Source: Neisseriaceae bacterium (lineage in GTDB: Bacteria > Pseudomonadota > Gammaproteobacteria > Burkholderiales > Chromobacteriaceae). Taken from it: a stretch of 64,000 bases of DNA. The notes under the pieces are model-generated. The model was not told the origin of the DNA. It saw only the letters and a program-made list of their open reading frames with translations, and did not search any database. Made by a program: the position numbers and the translations under genes. Below are positions 1 through 9,096 of this stretch, piece after piece. Numbering within the stretch: the stretch's first letter is position 1; the number at the start of each line of letters is the position of its first letter. The DNA lies in the NCBI GenBank assembly GCA_027489245.1, contig JAIYAC010000020.1:72451-136450 (forward strand), given 5' to 3'.

Positions 1-512
1 ATGCGGTCTGGCCGTTTGCAGTCGCTTACTGCCGCACCTTCCTTCAGAAACTCCGGGTTCGATACCACGGTAAAGCCAAGCTGGCTGCCGCGCTGGGCCA
101 GTATGCCCTGCACGTGCTGGCTTACTTTGTCGGCGGTGCCTACCGGCACGGTGGATTTGTTCACGATGACTTTATCGCTGGCCATGTGCTGCGCCACGGT
201 GCCAGCTACGGCCAGCACGTATTTCAGGTCGGCCGAGCCGTCTTCGTCTGGCGGGGTGCCTACGGCAATAAAAATCAGGTCGGCAAAGTGCACGCCTTCT
301 TCTGCCCGGGTGGTAAAACGCAGACGGCCCTGGGCGTGGTTGTCTTGCACCAGCGGGGTAAGGCCGGGCTCGTAGATGGGGATAATGCCTTTGTTCAGGT
401 TGTCGATCTTGGCCTGGTCTACGTCTACGCAGCAGACATGGTGGCCAGCGTCAGCCAGTACGGCAGCTTGCACCAGGCCGACATAGCCGGTGCCAAATAC
501 GGTTACGTTCAT
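1..512 (-). CDS. ugd: UDP-glucose 6-dehydrogenase (5' part; runs off window start)
   Basis: Not in ORF track. Manual translation from the ATG at 512: [32 protein letters not shown]...IPIYEPGL, the Rossmann N-terminus of the UDP-Glc/GDP-Man dehydrogenase family. Confidence 0.9.
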   Translation of the reverse strand, partial: MNVTVFGTGYVGLVQAAVLADAGHHVCCVDVDQAKIDNLNKGIIPIYEPGLTPLVQDNHAQGRLRFTTRAEEGVHFADLIFIAVGTPPDEDGSADLKYVLAVAGTVAQHMASDKVIVNKSTVPVGTADKVSQHVQGILAQRGSQLGFTVVSNPEFLKEGAAVSDCKRPDR

Positions 513-561
513 GATTTATTGCTCTTTATATCGATAAATTTGCCGGGTTGCCTTGTGCGCT

Positions 562-1920
562 TTAGTAAGCGTTTTTGTTCACAAAGCCCTTGAATACCGT
601 CAGAAACACAATGCGCAGATCCAGCCATACCGACCAGTGCTCCAGGTAGTGCAGGTCGTATTCCACGCGCCATTTCATTTTGTCTATGGTGTCGGTTTCG
701 CCGCGCAGGCCGTTTACCTGGGCCCAGCCAGTAATGCCGGGCTTCATCTTGTGGCGCAGCATGTAGTTGGGGATCAGCTCTTTGTAGTAGTGGTTGTGCT
801 GTATGGCGTGCGGGCGCGGGCCCACTATGCTCATGCGGCCTTGCAGCACGTTGATGAACTGCGGCAGCTCGTCCAGGCTGGTGCGGCGCAAAAAGGCCCC
901 CAGCGGGGTAATGCGGGCATCGTTTTTGGTGGCCTGGGTCACTTTGTCGTGCTCCTGGTGCACCGCCATGCTGCGAAACTTGTACACCACGATTTCTTCC
1001 CCACCCCAGCCGTGGCGCTTCTGGCGAAAGATCACCGGCCCGGGCGAGGTCAGCTTCACGGCTGCGGCAATGCCCAGCATCAGCGGGCTGATCATCAGCA
1101 GAATGATGCTGGCCAGGATGTAGTCTTCTATCTGCTTGATCAGGCGGTTTACGCCGCCCAGGGCGCTGCCGCTAATGTCCAACATGGGTACGCCCATGAT
1201 GAAGGTGACGCCGTGGTTGATCATGCGGTAGGTCAACAGGTCTGGCACCACGCGGATATCGGCGGCGCTGTGCTTTAGTGCCTCTAGCACAGCAGGGATG
1301 CTGGAGGCTTCGTGGGCGGGCAGGTTGATCCACACTTCGTCGTAGGTGGCGTCGCTGGCTAGCTGGGTAATGCGGGCCAGGTCGTTGGCGCTGACCTGGC
1401 GCGTGACTTTAAAGCCGCTCCACGATGCCTGGCGGGCACGCTTGGCCAAGTCGTTGCTCATGGGGCCTTTGCCTATCAGCAGCACTTCGCGGGTGTTGAC
1501 ACCACGACGGTGCAGCCAGCGCAGGGCCTGCACGACCACGGTACGCTGCAGCAGCAGTAGCGGCAGCATGCCTGCTATCCAGGTGCCTACGAATATGCGC
1601 GAATACGCCTCGGAGCTTTTACTGAAAAACAGCCACGACAGCAGCAGGCCTACGGTAATCACCCACACCAGCACCACGCGGCCATACATGGCCTGCCACG
1701 AGCCACCGCGGAAAGACTGGTACACCAGCGACGAGCACAGCATGGCCAGCAGACTGGTAGCCACTATCAGGCTGTCGTAGCCCAGTGGCAGGGTGCCACT
1801 GCTGCCACCAAAACGCAGCCAGGCCGCCAGCTCGGCGGCCTGCCATACAGTAAGGGCATCCAGTAATAGAATGATGTTGCTAACGATGGCAGAACCTTGT
1901 TTTAGGCGGCCGGTTTTCAT
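562..1920 (-). CDS. wcaJ: Undecaprenyl-phosphate glucose phosphotransferase (WcaJ/GumD family)
   Basis: N-terminal TM helices and a C-terminal sugar transferase domain (KFRSM, RRTSLDELPQFINVLQGRMSIVGPRP, KPGITGWAQVNG). Start uncertain (1920, 1929 or 1953). Confidence 0.88.
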   Translation of the reverse strand: MKTGRLKQGSAIVSNIILLLDALTVWQAAELAAWLRFGGSSGTLPLGYDSLIVATSLLAMLCSSLVYQSFRGGSWQAMYGRVVLVWVITVGLLLSWLFFSKSSEAYSRIFVGTWIAGMLPLLLLQRTVVVQALRWLHRRGVNTREVLLIGKGPMSNDLAKRARQASWSGFKVTRQVSANDLARITQLASDATYDEVWINLPAHEASSIPAVLEALKHSAADIRVVPDLLTYRMINHGVTFIMGVPMLDISGSALGGVNRLIKQIEDYILASIILLMISPLMLGIAAAVKLTSPGPVIFRQKRHGWGGEEIVVYKFRSMAVHQEHDKVTQATKNDARITPLGAFLRRTSLDELPQFINVLQGRMSIVGPRPHAIQHNHYYKELIPNYMLRHKMKPGITGWAQVNGLRGETDTIDKMKWRVEYDLHYLEHWSVWLDLRIVFLTVFKGFVNKNAY

Positions 1921-2091
1921 GGTGTACATCCTGCAGTAAGCATACCGCCGCAATGGGGTAAGGCGGCGTGGTATTTCGATGGTTGGCTGGTCTCGGTCGT
2001 GTCGCCATTATTTCATCGATATTTTACAGCAATCAGACAACTTTCATGAATGCCAAGCGGTTTTTTTTATACTTAATCTTATAGGATAAGC

Positions 2092-2129
2092 TGCACAGCC
2101 GTGGTGCATAGCACCATAAGCCTTTGATT
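2092..2129. promoter_or_regulatory. NtrC-like box (TGCAC-N7-GTGCA, 2092-2108) next to an IHF consensus (2117-2129)
   Basis: TGCACAGCCGTGGTGCA. The minus strand reads AATCAAAGGCTTA = WATCAANNNNTTR. Both lie in the AT-rich region upstream of wcaJ. Confidence 0.4.
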
Positions 2130-2131
2130 AT

Positions 2132-2159
2132 AAAAAAAATAGCCACCAAAGGCGGCTAT
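2132..2159 (-). terminator. Intrinsic terminator downstream of the IclR gene
   Basis: Minus strand ATAGCCGCC-TTT-GGTGGCTAT followed by a T run. Confidence 0.7.
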
Positions 2160-2253
2160 GACAGCATATGTTATTAAAATGGATGTTTAAAATTGACATC
2201 CAATTGAAGGTATTTTTGTTTCGATTCGGTGTTGATGCTGCACCACAGCAATA

Positions 2254-3036
2254 CTACTCCCCCCCAGCTACGGCATGAAAACCCAGGCTGCGCGATATGG
2301 CCGCAGCACAGGCGGCCAGCTGCTGCGCCAGCGCACCATCCCATGCGGGGTCAAAATCTGCGGCGGGGCCTAGTGTGGTCATGGCGAGTGCCAGCTGGCC
2401 GCTGCTGTCGAATACCGGCGCCGATAGCGCATTAATGCCGGGCAGCGGGTAGCCCACAGCACGGGCCATGCCATGCTGGTGCACCTCGGCCAGCATGGCG
2501 GGCAGGTCGGTCTGCTGGCCGGCAGGCTGGTGTGCCAGCTCGGTTTCGATCATGCCGCGTGTGAGCTCGGCCGGTAGCCAGGCGGCAAACACGCGGCCGG
2601 TAGCTGAACCCAGCACCGACATCACGCTGCCAGTGCGCATATTGATATGCACCATGCGGTTGCATTCCACGATACGCACCACGGTAGGGCCGTGGTTGCC
2701 CCACACAGCTAGTGCCACGTTCTGGTTGATGTCCAGCGCCAGGCGCGTGGCGGCATCGCTGGCTATTTTTACCGCATCCAGCCCGTGCAGGGCAGTCAGG
2801 CCCATCTGCAGGGCAAAGCTACCCAGCCGGTACTGGCCGGTAACGCTGTCCTGCTCTACCAGCCCCAGCTTGCCAAAGCTCACCAGGTAGGGGTGAGCTT
2901 TGGCGGGTGGCATGCCGGCGCTGCGCGCCAGGTCTTTCAGCATCATGGGGGTAGCCGCCCGCACCAGCGCTTGCAGCAGGGTGCCGCCTACTTCTATGGA
3001 TTGAATGCCACGGCGGGGGTCTTTTTCTGCGTCCAT
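2254..3036 (-). CDS. IclR family transcriptional regulator
   Basis: GIQSIEVG...LKDLARSAGMPPAKAHPYL HTH and C-terminal SATGRVF...GINALSAPVFD. Start moved to MDAEKD. Confidence 0.9.
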   Translation of the reverse strand: MDAEKDPRRGIQSIEVGGTLLQALVRAATPMMLKDLARSAGMPPAKAHPYLVSFGKLGLVEQDSVTGQYRLGSFALQMGLTALHGLDAVKIASDAATRLALDINQNVALAVWGNHGPTVVRIVECNRMVHINMRTGSVMSVLGSATGRVFAAWLPAELTRGMIETELAHQPAGQQTDLPAMLAEVHQHGMARAVGYPLPGINALSAPVFDSSGQLALAMTTLGPAADFDPAWDGALAQQLAACAAAISRSLGFHAVAGGE

Positions 3037-3183
3037 AACGATAAATGAAGATAAGTGTGGCCACAGTGTAGCATTGCTGCCTTGCGGCAATGATTCGTTA
3101 ATATCAAACTTATTGAGCAATATATAACAATGCAGTATGGTGCTGGCCATGCAGCCACCGCTGCCCCGTACAAGGAGACACCC

Positions 3184-3723
3184 ATGCTGATTCAGAAAAT
3201 TCACCACGTGGCCTACCGCTGCAAAGACGCCAAAGAAACCGTTGAATGGTACGTAAAGCACCTGGACATGAAGTTCGTACTGGCCATTGCCGAAAACGAA
3301 GTACCGTCCACCAAGCAGCCAGACCCCTACATGCACGTGTTTCTGGATGCTGGCCAGGGCAATATCCTGGCGTTTTTCGAGCTGCCAAACAGCCCGGAAA
3401 TGGGCCGCGATACCAACACCCCGGCCTGGGTGCAGCACCTGGCGCTGCAGGTAGACAGCATGGACACCCTGCTGGCCACCAAGGCACGGCTGGAGGCGGC
3501 AGGCATCAAGGTGCTCGGCCCCACCAACCACACCATTTTCCACAGCATTTATTTCTTCGACCCTAACGGCCACCGCTTGGAGCTGGCCTGCAATACTGGC
3601 ACGCCCAAAATGATGCAGATGCTGGACGAGGTGAAATGGGACATGCTCAACGAGTGGGCAGCGACGCGTAAAGCACCACAGCACGCCCGCTGGATGCACG
3701 ATGGCAGCTACCAGGAAGACTGA
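3184..3723 (+). CDS. VOC (glyoxalase/dioxygenase) family protein
   Basis: IHHVAY, QHLAL and SIYFFDPNGHRLEL motifs; RBS AGGAG before the ATG. Confidence 0.88.
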   Translation: MLIQKIHHVAYRCKDAKETVEWYVKHLDMKFVLAIAENEVPSTKQPDPYMHVFLDAGQGNILAFFELPNSPEMGRDTNTPAWVQHLALQVDSMDTLLATKARLEAAGIKVLGPTNHTIFHSIYFFDPNGHRLELACNTGTPKMMQMLDEVKWDMLNEWAATRKAPQHARWMHDGSYQED

Positions 3724-3728
3724 GCCTG

Positions 3729-3742
3729 TTACGTTAACGTAA
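3729..3742. promoter_or_regulatory. LiuR-type operator TTACGTTAACGTAA
   Basis: Perfect 14-bp palindrome 70 bp upstream of acetoacetyl-CoA synthetase; matches the TTACGTwwACGTAA LiuR consensus. Confidence 0.7.
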
Positions 3743-3811
3743 GTCGTCGTACACTAGCGCTAGCGCCTGGCCATACCGCCGGAATAACACGACAAAGAGG
3801 AGACCCCACCC

Positions 3812-5773
3812 ATGCACGCACCGGATACCCCAATCTGGCAGCCCGCCCCGGGCCGCGCCGCCGCCACCCATCTGGCGGCGTTTAGCAAGCTGATGTCCAC
3901 CGTAGACGGTGCACAGTATGCCGACTACGCCAGCCTGTGGCGGGCCAGCGTAGATCGGCCAGACCGCTTCTGGAACCAGGTATGGGACTACAGTGGCGTG
4001 CTGGGTGACAAAGGCAGCATTGCCCTGCAGCAGGCAGGCACGATGCGCGAGGCGCGGTTTTTCCCTGAAGCCGGGCTGAACTACGCCGAAAACATGCTGC
4101 GCCGTAAAGACGACGCGCTGGCGGTCACCTTCTGGGGCGAAGACCGGGTCAAACGCGAGCTAAGCTGGTGGGAGCTGAACGACCTGGTATCGCGCCTGCA
4201 GCAGGCCATGAAAGAACATGGCATCCAGCGTGGCGACCGCATTGCCGGCTATATGCCCAATATGCCGGAAACCCTGGCCGCCATGCTGGCCGCCACCAGC
4301 CTGGGCGCGGTGTGGACCAGTTGCTCGCCGGACTTCGGCACCGATGGCGCTATCGACCGCTTTGGCCAGACCGCGCCGCGCATCCTGTTCTGCCCGGATG
4401 GCTACTGGTACAACGGCAAGCAGGTGCAGATTCTGGACAAACTGCGTGTTATCGCTGCCGGCCTGCCATCGGTGGAAAAAATCGTGGTGGTGCCCTACCT
4501 GGGCGACACCGATGCCTTTGCGGCCAACCTGCCGCAGGCCAGCACGCTGGATGCTTTCCTGCAGGGCTTTGTCGCGCGCGAGCTGGTGTTTACCCGCGTG
4601 CCGTTTAACCACCCACTGTTCATCCTGTATTCCAGCGGCACCACCGGCAAACCCAAATGCATTGTGCACGGGCACGGTGGCACCTTGCTGCAGCACCTGA
4701 AAGAACACCAGCTGCACGCCGATATTCACGCGGGCGACCGCCTGTTCTACTTCACCACCTGCGGATGGATGATGTGGAACTGGCTGGTGTCCGGCCTGGG
4801 CAGCGGCGCCACACTGATGCTGTACGACGGCTCGCCGTTTGCCAAAGGCGGGCACATCTTGTGGGAGTACGCCCAAGCCTACCGCTGCACCCACTTTGGC
4901 ACCTCGGCCAAGTACATCGACGGCCTGAAGAAAATCGACCTGCAGCCCCGCCTGCACTACGACCTGTCCTGCCTGCGCGCCGTGTTCTCCACCGGTTCGC
5001 CACTGGTGGCAGAAAGCTTCGACTGGGCCTACGACGCCATCAAGGCGGACATGAACCTGGCGTCCATCTCTGGCGGCACCGATATTGTGTCGTGCTTTGC
5101 GCTGGGTTGCGCCGCCCTGCCGGTATACCGCGGCGAGCTGCAGTGCCGCGGCCTGGGCATGGCGGTAGAGATACGCAACGACCACGGCAAGCCGGTACAG
5201 GGCGAAAAAGGCGAGCTGGTGTGCACCAAGCCCTTCCCGTCCATGCCTGTGGGCTTCTGGGGTGACGACAGCGGTGAAAAATACCGCAAGGCTTACTTCG
5301 ACCGCTTCGCCGACGTGTGGTGCCACGGCGACTACGCCGAGCTGACCGAATACGACGGCATGGTGATCTACGGCCGCTCCGACGCGGTGCTGAACCCCGG
5401 TGGCGTGCGTATCGGCACGGCAGAAATCTACCGTCAGGTGGAAACCTTCCCGCAGGTACTGGAAAGCATCGTGGTGGGCCAGCGCTGGCAGGACGACGAG
5501 CGCGTGGTGCTGTTTGTGAAGCTGCGCGACGGCCAGGCACTGGATGCCGCACTGACGGCGGCCATCAAGGACAAAATCAAAAACGGTGCCAGCCCGCGCC
5601 ATGTACCGGCCAAGATCCTTGCCGTAGCCGATATCCCCAAAACGATCAGCGGCAAGATTGTAGAGCTGGCGGTGAAAAACGTGATTCACAACGAGCCGGT
5701 AAACAACCTGAGCGCACTGGCTAACCCGGATGCGCTGCAGCTGTTTGCGGGGCTACCCGAGCTGCAAAGCTAG
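3812..5773 (+). CDS. Acetoacetate--CoA ligase
   Basis: AMP-binding YSSGTTGKPKCIVH plus TTCGWMMWNW, SISGGTDI and GRSDAVLNPGGVRIGTAEIY. Confidence 0.92.
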   Translation: MHAPDTPIWQPAPGRAAATHLAAFSKLMSTVDGAQYADYASLWRASVDRPDRFWNQVWDYSGVLGDKGSIALQQAGTMREARFFPEAGLNYAENMLRRKDDALAVTFWGEDRVKRELSWWELNDLVSRLQQAMKEHGIQRGDRIAGYMPNMPETLAAMLAATSLGAVWTSCSPDFGTDGAIDRFGQTAPRILFCPDGYWYNGKQVQILDKLRVIAAGLPSVEKIVVVPYLGDTDAFAANLPQASTLDAFLQGFVARELVFTRVPFNHPLFILYSSGTTGKPKCIVHGHGGTLLQHLKEHQLHADIHAGDRLFYFTTCGWMMWNWLVSGLGSGATLMLYDGSPFAKGGHILWEYAQAYRCTHFGTSAKYIDGLKKIDLQPRLHYDLSCLRAVFSTGSPLVAESFDWAYDAIKADMNLASISGGTDIVSCFALGCAALPVYRGELQCRGLGMAVEIRNDHGKPVQGEKGELVCTKPFPSMPVGFWGDDSGEKYRKAYFDRFADVWCHGDYAELTEYDGMVIYGRSDAVLNPGGVRIGTAEIYRQVETFPQVLESIVVGQRWQDDERVVLFVKLRDGQALDAALTAAIKDKIKNGASPRHVPAKILAVADIPKTISGKIVELAVKNVIHNEPVNNLSALANPDALQLFAGLPELQS

Positions 5774-5782
5774 CCTTTACCG

Positions 5783-5807
5783 TGCGGCCAACATCAGGTT
5801 GGCCGCA
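5783..5807. repeat. Inverted pair of the GTTGGCCGCA repeat
   Basis: TGCGGCCAAC-atcag-GTTGGCCGCA, 9 nt after the stop codon. Confidence 0.9.
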
Positions 5808-5819
5808 ACCGCACAAACA

Positions 5820-5847
5820 ACAAGGCCACCGCATGCGGTGGCCTTGT
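5820..5847. terminator. Bidirectional hairpin between convergent genes
   Basis: ACAAGGCCACCGCATGCGGTGGCCTTGT is a perfect palindrome. Confidence 0.65.
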
Positions 5848-5863
5848 CTTTGGGCGCCGGGGC

Positions 5864-7513
5864 TTAGCGTGCTGTCGGGACCCGCTGCAGCAGGTAGTAC
5901 ACCTCGTGCTTGTCACGCGGGCGGCTGCCCTGCCAGCGCAGCTGCCAGCCCGCCATCTGCGGCGGGCGATCCTTATCTCCCACCGCCAGCTGCAGTGTGC
6001 ACGGCACCGGCTGCCCTGCCGCTACCGGCTTCAGGCGCAGCTGGGCGTAGTACTGCCAGCTCACACGCGCCATCATCTGGCGGGTGTCGATAGCCACGCA
6101 TTTATCCCCTGCCGGCATGGCTTTCATCATGCCGGCTACTACCGGCTGGTAGCTCTTGGCGGCATCCAGAAACGGTAGCCACAGGGTGAGTAGCAAACCC
6201 CATAGCAACGATAGCCCGGCAGCCCAGTTGGTAATGGCCTGGCGACCACGCAGGTGACGGCGCGTGACTGCCCACACCCAGACTGCCGATGCCAGTAGCG
6301 CCAACAGCACCGCCAGCAGCGATACCTGTGGCGTGTAATAGGGGCTAAAGTACTCGGCCCTGGCGGCCAACCTGGCCGGCCAGCCAAAGTTCATGGCCGC
6401 CCAGCCCAGCCATACCAGCACGGCAAAGAAGCCAAAGGCCATCAGGCCAAACCAGTTCAGGAAAGCCGCCGCGCCACGACGCAGGCTGTCCAGCTCTACG
6501 GCAGCTAGCACGGCCAGCGGCAGCAGAAGCGGCATGGCTTCTTCGGTATGGCTGTTGTTGGAGAACGTCAGCAGCAATAGCAGCACCGCAAAGCTCAGTA
6601 GCGGCAGCTGCAGCATGGGCAGCTCGTAACGGCGGTTTTTCCATAGCGCCCAGGCGGCCAGTGGCCAGGCAGGCCAGGCGTACCACAGCACCAGCTTGGG
6701 GTAATAGCCTATTTCGTGAAACAACCCGATGCCGCCAAAGCCGTGCAGCGGCCCCAGCGCGTAGGCCTGCCACCATTGCTGAAACACCAGCGGGTAGTCT
6801 TTATACAGCGCCCACGGCCATACCATCAGCAATGGCAGGGCAAACAGCAGGGCCATGGCCAGGGTGATGGCGTAGCGCTTGTTACGCCAGCTGGCAAAGG
6901 CAGGCAGCAGCAGCGCCACGCTCCACACCAGCATCAGCTGCAGCAGGTTGGTAGACAAAAACACCACCACGCTGGCGGCGCCCAGCAGCGCCCCCGCCAG
7001 CGCGGGGGATCGCCAGCTCAGCACCATGGCGTACAGGGCGGCAGAAAAACCGGCGAACCCGGCAACCACAGGGTTCATTTCGTGCCCGGTAACAATCAGC
7101 CCCAGGCAGCCAATCAGGATCATCACCACGCTGCGGCCGTGGCGGCGGCCGATCAGCTCGCGCCCTACCCCGCCGGCAAACGCCAGCGCCACCGCCATGA
7201 ATAGCGGGGTAGCCAGCCGGGCGGCGTCGTGCAGGGGGAGTAGCCATGGCGACAGCAAGCGTGCCAGGCCGGCGGCTACCCAGTAGTACAGCGGCGAGTT
7301 TTCCAGATAAGGCTGGCCGTCTATGGCGGGCAGCAGCCAGTGGCCACCGGCCACAAAGCCCTGTACCACAGCGGTGACATAGGGCTCATCCGGCTTCCAG
7401 GGGGTATGCCCCAGAATGCCGGGCCATAGCCAGACAAAGCACAACAGCAAGAGTACCCAGGGTTTTTCGGTAGGCCGGGCGGCAACCTGGCTCTGCGCGG
7501 AATAAGTCAGCAT
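5864..7513 (-). CDS. ArnT/GT-C family membrane glycosyltransferase
   Basis: PWKPDEPY...W..P..DGQPYLENSPLYYW motif and many TM helices. Start set at MLTYS. Confidence 0.85.
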   Translation of the reverse strand: MLTYSAQSQVAARPTEKPWVLLLLCFVWLWPGILGHTPWKPDEPYVTAVVQGFVAGGHWLLPAIDGQPYLENSPLYYWVAAGLARLLSPWLLPLHDAARLATPLFMAVALAFAGGVGRELIGRRHGRSVVMILIGCLGLIVTGHEMNPVVAGFAGFSAALYAMVLSWRSPALAGALLGAASVVVFLSTNLLQLMLVWSVALLLPAFASWRNKRYAITLAMALLFALPLLMVWPWALYKDYPLVFQQWWQAYALGPLHGFGGIGLFHEIGYYPKLVLWYAWPAWPLAAWALWKNRRYELPMLQLPLLSFAVLLLLLTFSNNSHTEEAMPLLLPLAVLAAVELDSLRRGAAAFLNWFGLMAFGFFAVLVWLGWAAMNFGWPARLAARAEYFSPYYTPQVSLLAVLLALLASAVWVWAVTRRHLRGRQAITNWAAGLSLLWGLLLTLWLPFLDAAKSYQPVVAGMMKAMPAGDKCVAIDTRQMMARVSWQYYAQLRLKPVAAGQPVPCTLQLAVGDKDRPPQMAGWQLRWQGSRPRDKHEVYYLLQRVPTAR

Positions 7514-7637
7514 GCGCGGACATGACCAAGTGAAAGTAAGCCGACATTGTAGTGATAATCGCCGCGCGCACCTAGCAGGCAAAACAAACGCCACGCGGCA
7601 GGCGGCGTGGCGTGGGCGGGCAAACCGGCTTGCCGGG

Positions 7638-8582
7638 CTAGCCTAGCTGGCCGCGCAGGCGCAGGCCCAGGCGGGCGATGGCGATTTTCAGGTCGATACG
7701 GCGCTTTTGCAGCGAATTGCGCAGCTTGTTACGGCGGCGCTGGCGTTTGTGTTCGGGGGCGGCCTGCAGGCGTTTCAGCTCGTCTTCGCGCCAGTGGTGC
7801 TGGGCGCACGCGGCGGCCAGCTGTGGCACCGACAGCCCTGGCGGCTGTGCGGCAAAAAAGCTGGCCAGGTACAGCGGCGCTTCGTAGCTGTAGTTCCAGT
7901 AGTGGTGCAGCGCGGTATCCAGCGCCACCATCTCGTAGCGGCTGCAGGCGACCAGCGACAGCGCAAATTGCTCTACCCAGTTACGCGGCACCACGCGGGT
8001 AAACAGGTAATCGCTGACGCGGATCGTGTCATCAAAAAAGGCTGTACTACCCGCCGGTACACCAATGGCGCCAGCGTTCCACATCAGCAGGCTTGAGGTA
8101 TCGGCAATACCCAGCTGCTGCAGCTGCGCCTGTTTTTGCTGTACGTAGCGGTGATAATCGGGGAAGAATGCTGGCGAAAACGCGCCCTCGGCCACGTGCA
8201 TGCAGCACAACGGTGCCTGGCCGCCGTCGCCACGCAGGCGGCTGAAGATATTGTCCGGCAGGTGTAGCCAGCGGGTGTCGCAGTCTACGTACAGCAGCGG
8301 GCCATCCAGCTCGGTACTGGCGCGGCGCAGAACATTCAGCTTGATGCGGTGCACGTAGTCAAACGGGCCACGGAATGCGGCCAACTCGCTGCGTTGCAAG
8401 ACAATGGCCCGAATCAGCGGGTGCTGCGGTACTTCGCGGGCATCGTCGGTATACACCACGATACGGATATCGCTGCGCTGCTGTTGCAGCAGCAAATGCA
8501 GCAGGGTCAGCACCGAAAAGCGGGTCTGGTCGTGGTATTTGCGGCTGCCGTGCGACAGGTACACGATATTGACGGGCATCAT
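7638..8582 (-). CDS. Hypothetical protein, probable GT-A nucleotide-diphospho-sugar transferase
   Basis: IVVYTD, K..vl...LLYVDCDT (DxD), WNAGAIG, EQ.A.S and HYW, in GT8-like motif order. Confidence 0.6.
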   Translation of the reverse strand: MMPVNIVYLSHGSRKYHDQTRFSVLTLLHLLLQQQRSDIRIVVYTDDAREVPQHPLIRAIVLQRSELAAFRGPFDYVHRIKLNVLRRASTELDGPLLYVDCDTRWLHLPDNIFSRLRGDGGQAPLCCMHVAEGAFSPAFFPDYHRYVQQKQAQLQQLGIADTSSLLMWNAGAIGVPAGSTAFFDDTIRVSDYLFTRVVPRNWVEQFALSLVACSRYEMVALDTALHHYWNYSYEAPLYLASFFAAQPPGLSVPQLAAACAQHHWREDELKRLQAAPEHKRQRRRNKLRNSLQKRRIDLKIAIARLGLRLRGQLG

Positions 8583-8695
8583 CTAACAAGCTCGAAAACG
8601 TAAACCGGCATAGTGTAGACGATATGACTACGCGCTGTAGCTGACATTTCAGCCAAGGCTGGCTTGCAGGGCGCCATGGCTACACGACAGACATG

Positions 8696-8720
8696 AAAAA
8701 AGGCAGCCGTAGCTGCCTTT
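8696..8720 (-). terminator. rpmE terminator
   Basis: AAAGGCAGC-cgta-GCTGCCTTT with an A run on the + strand (U tract on minus). Confidence 0.75.
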
Positions 8721-8742
8721 ATGTCCATCTTGCAAGCGTGAA

Positions 8743-8958
8743 TTAGCGCTTGAAGAAGTTGCCGAACTTCTGGTTGAAGCGATCAACGCGACCAGCGGTA
8801 TCAACGATCTTCTGTTTACCGGTGTAGAACGGGTGGCACTGGGAGCACACTTCAATGTGGAAGGCGTCTTTAGCCATGGTGGACTTGGTGGTGAACTGGT
8901 TACCGCAGGAGCAGGTAACGGCTACTTCTTTGTAGTTCGGCTGGATATCGGCTTGCAT
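8743..8958 (-). CDS. rpmE: 50S ribosomal protein L31 (Zn-binding type)
   Basis: CSCG...[24 protein letters not shown]. Confidence 0.97.
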   Translation of the reverse strand: MQADIQPNYKEVAVTCSCGNQFTTKSTMAKDAFHIEVCSQCHPFYTGKQKIVDTAGRVDRFNQKFGNFFKR

Positions 8959-9015
8959 GGCTTTTCCTTTTAACTCGGGTACAGGGGTTTTGCCTGTACT
9001 TCTTCAAAACGCGTG

Positions 9016-9044
9016 ATTATCCAGACTAAAACCGGCATTGGCAA
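9016..9044 (-). promoter_or_regulatory. sigma70 promoter of rpmE
   Basis: Minus strand TTGCCA-17 bp-GATAAT. Confidence 0.6.
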
Positions 9045-9096
9045 GGAAAAGCTGGCTGCGGCCAACCTTTCCTGCTATATGCACGATGTTTTCTGC

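Noticed and set aside
1938-1949. ops-like GGCGGTATGCTT upstream of wcaJ (minus strand)
   Set aside because: It mismatches the conserved GGCGGTAG core and has no JUMPStart context.
2254-3699. 481-aa extended IclR ORF
   Set aside because: The N-terminal extension is the antisense of the VOC gene; the real start is near 3036.
1-4518. No copies of the 10-mer in the first 4.5 kb, suggesting foreign DNA
   Set aside because: At about 1 copy per 1.6 kb, gaps of this size occur elsewhere (e.g. 27.7-33.1 kb for exact copies), so it is not significant in this window.
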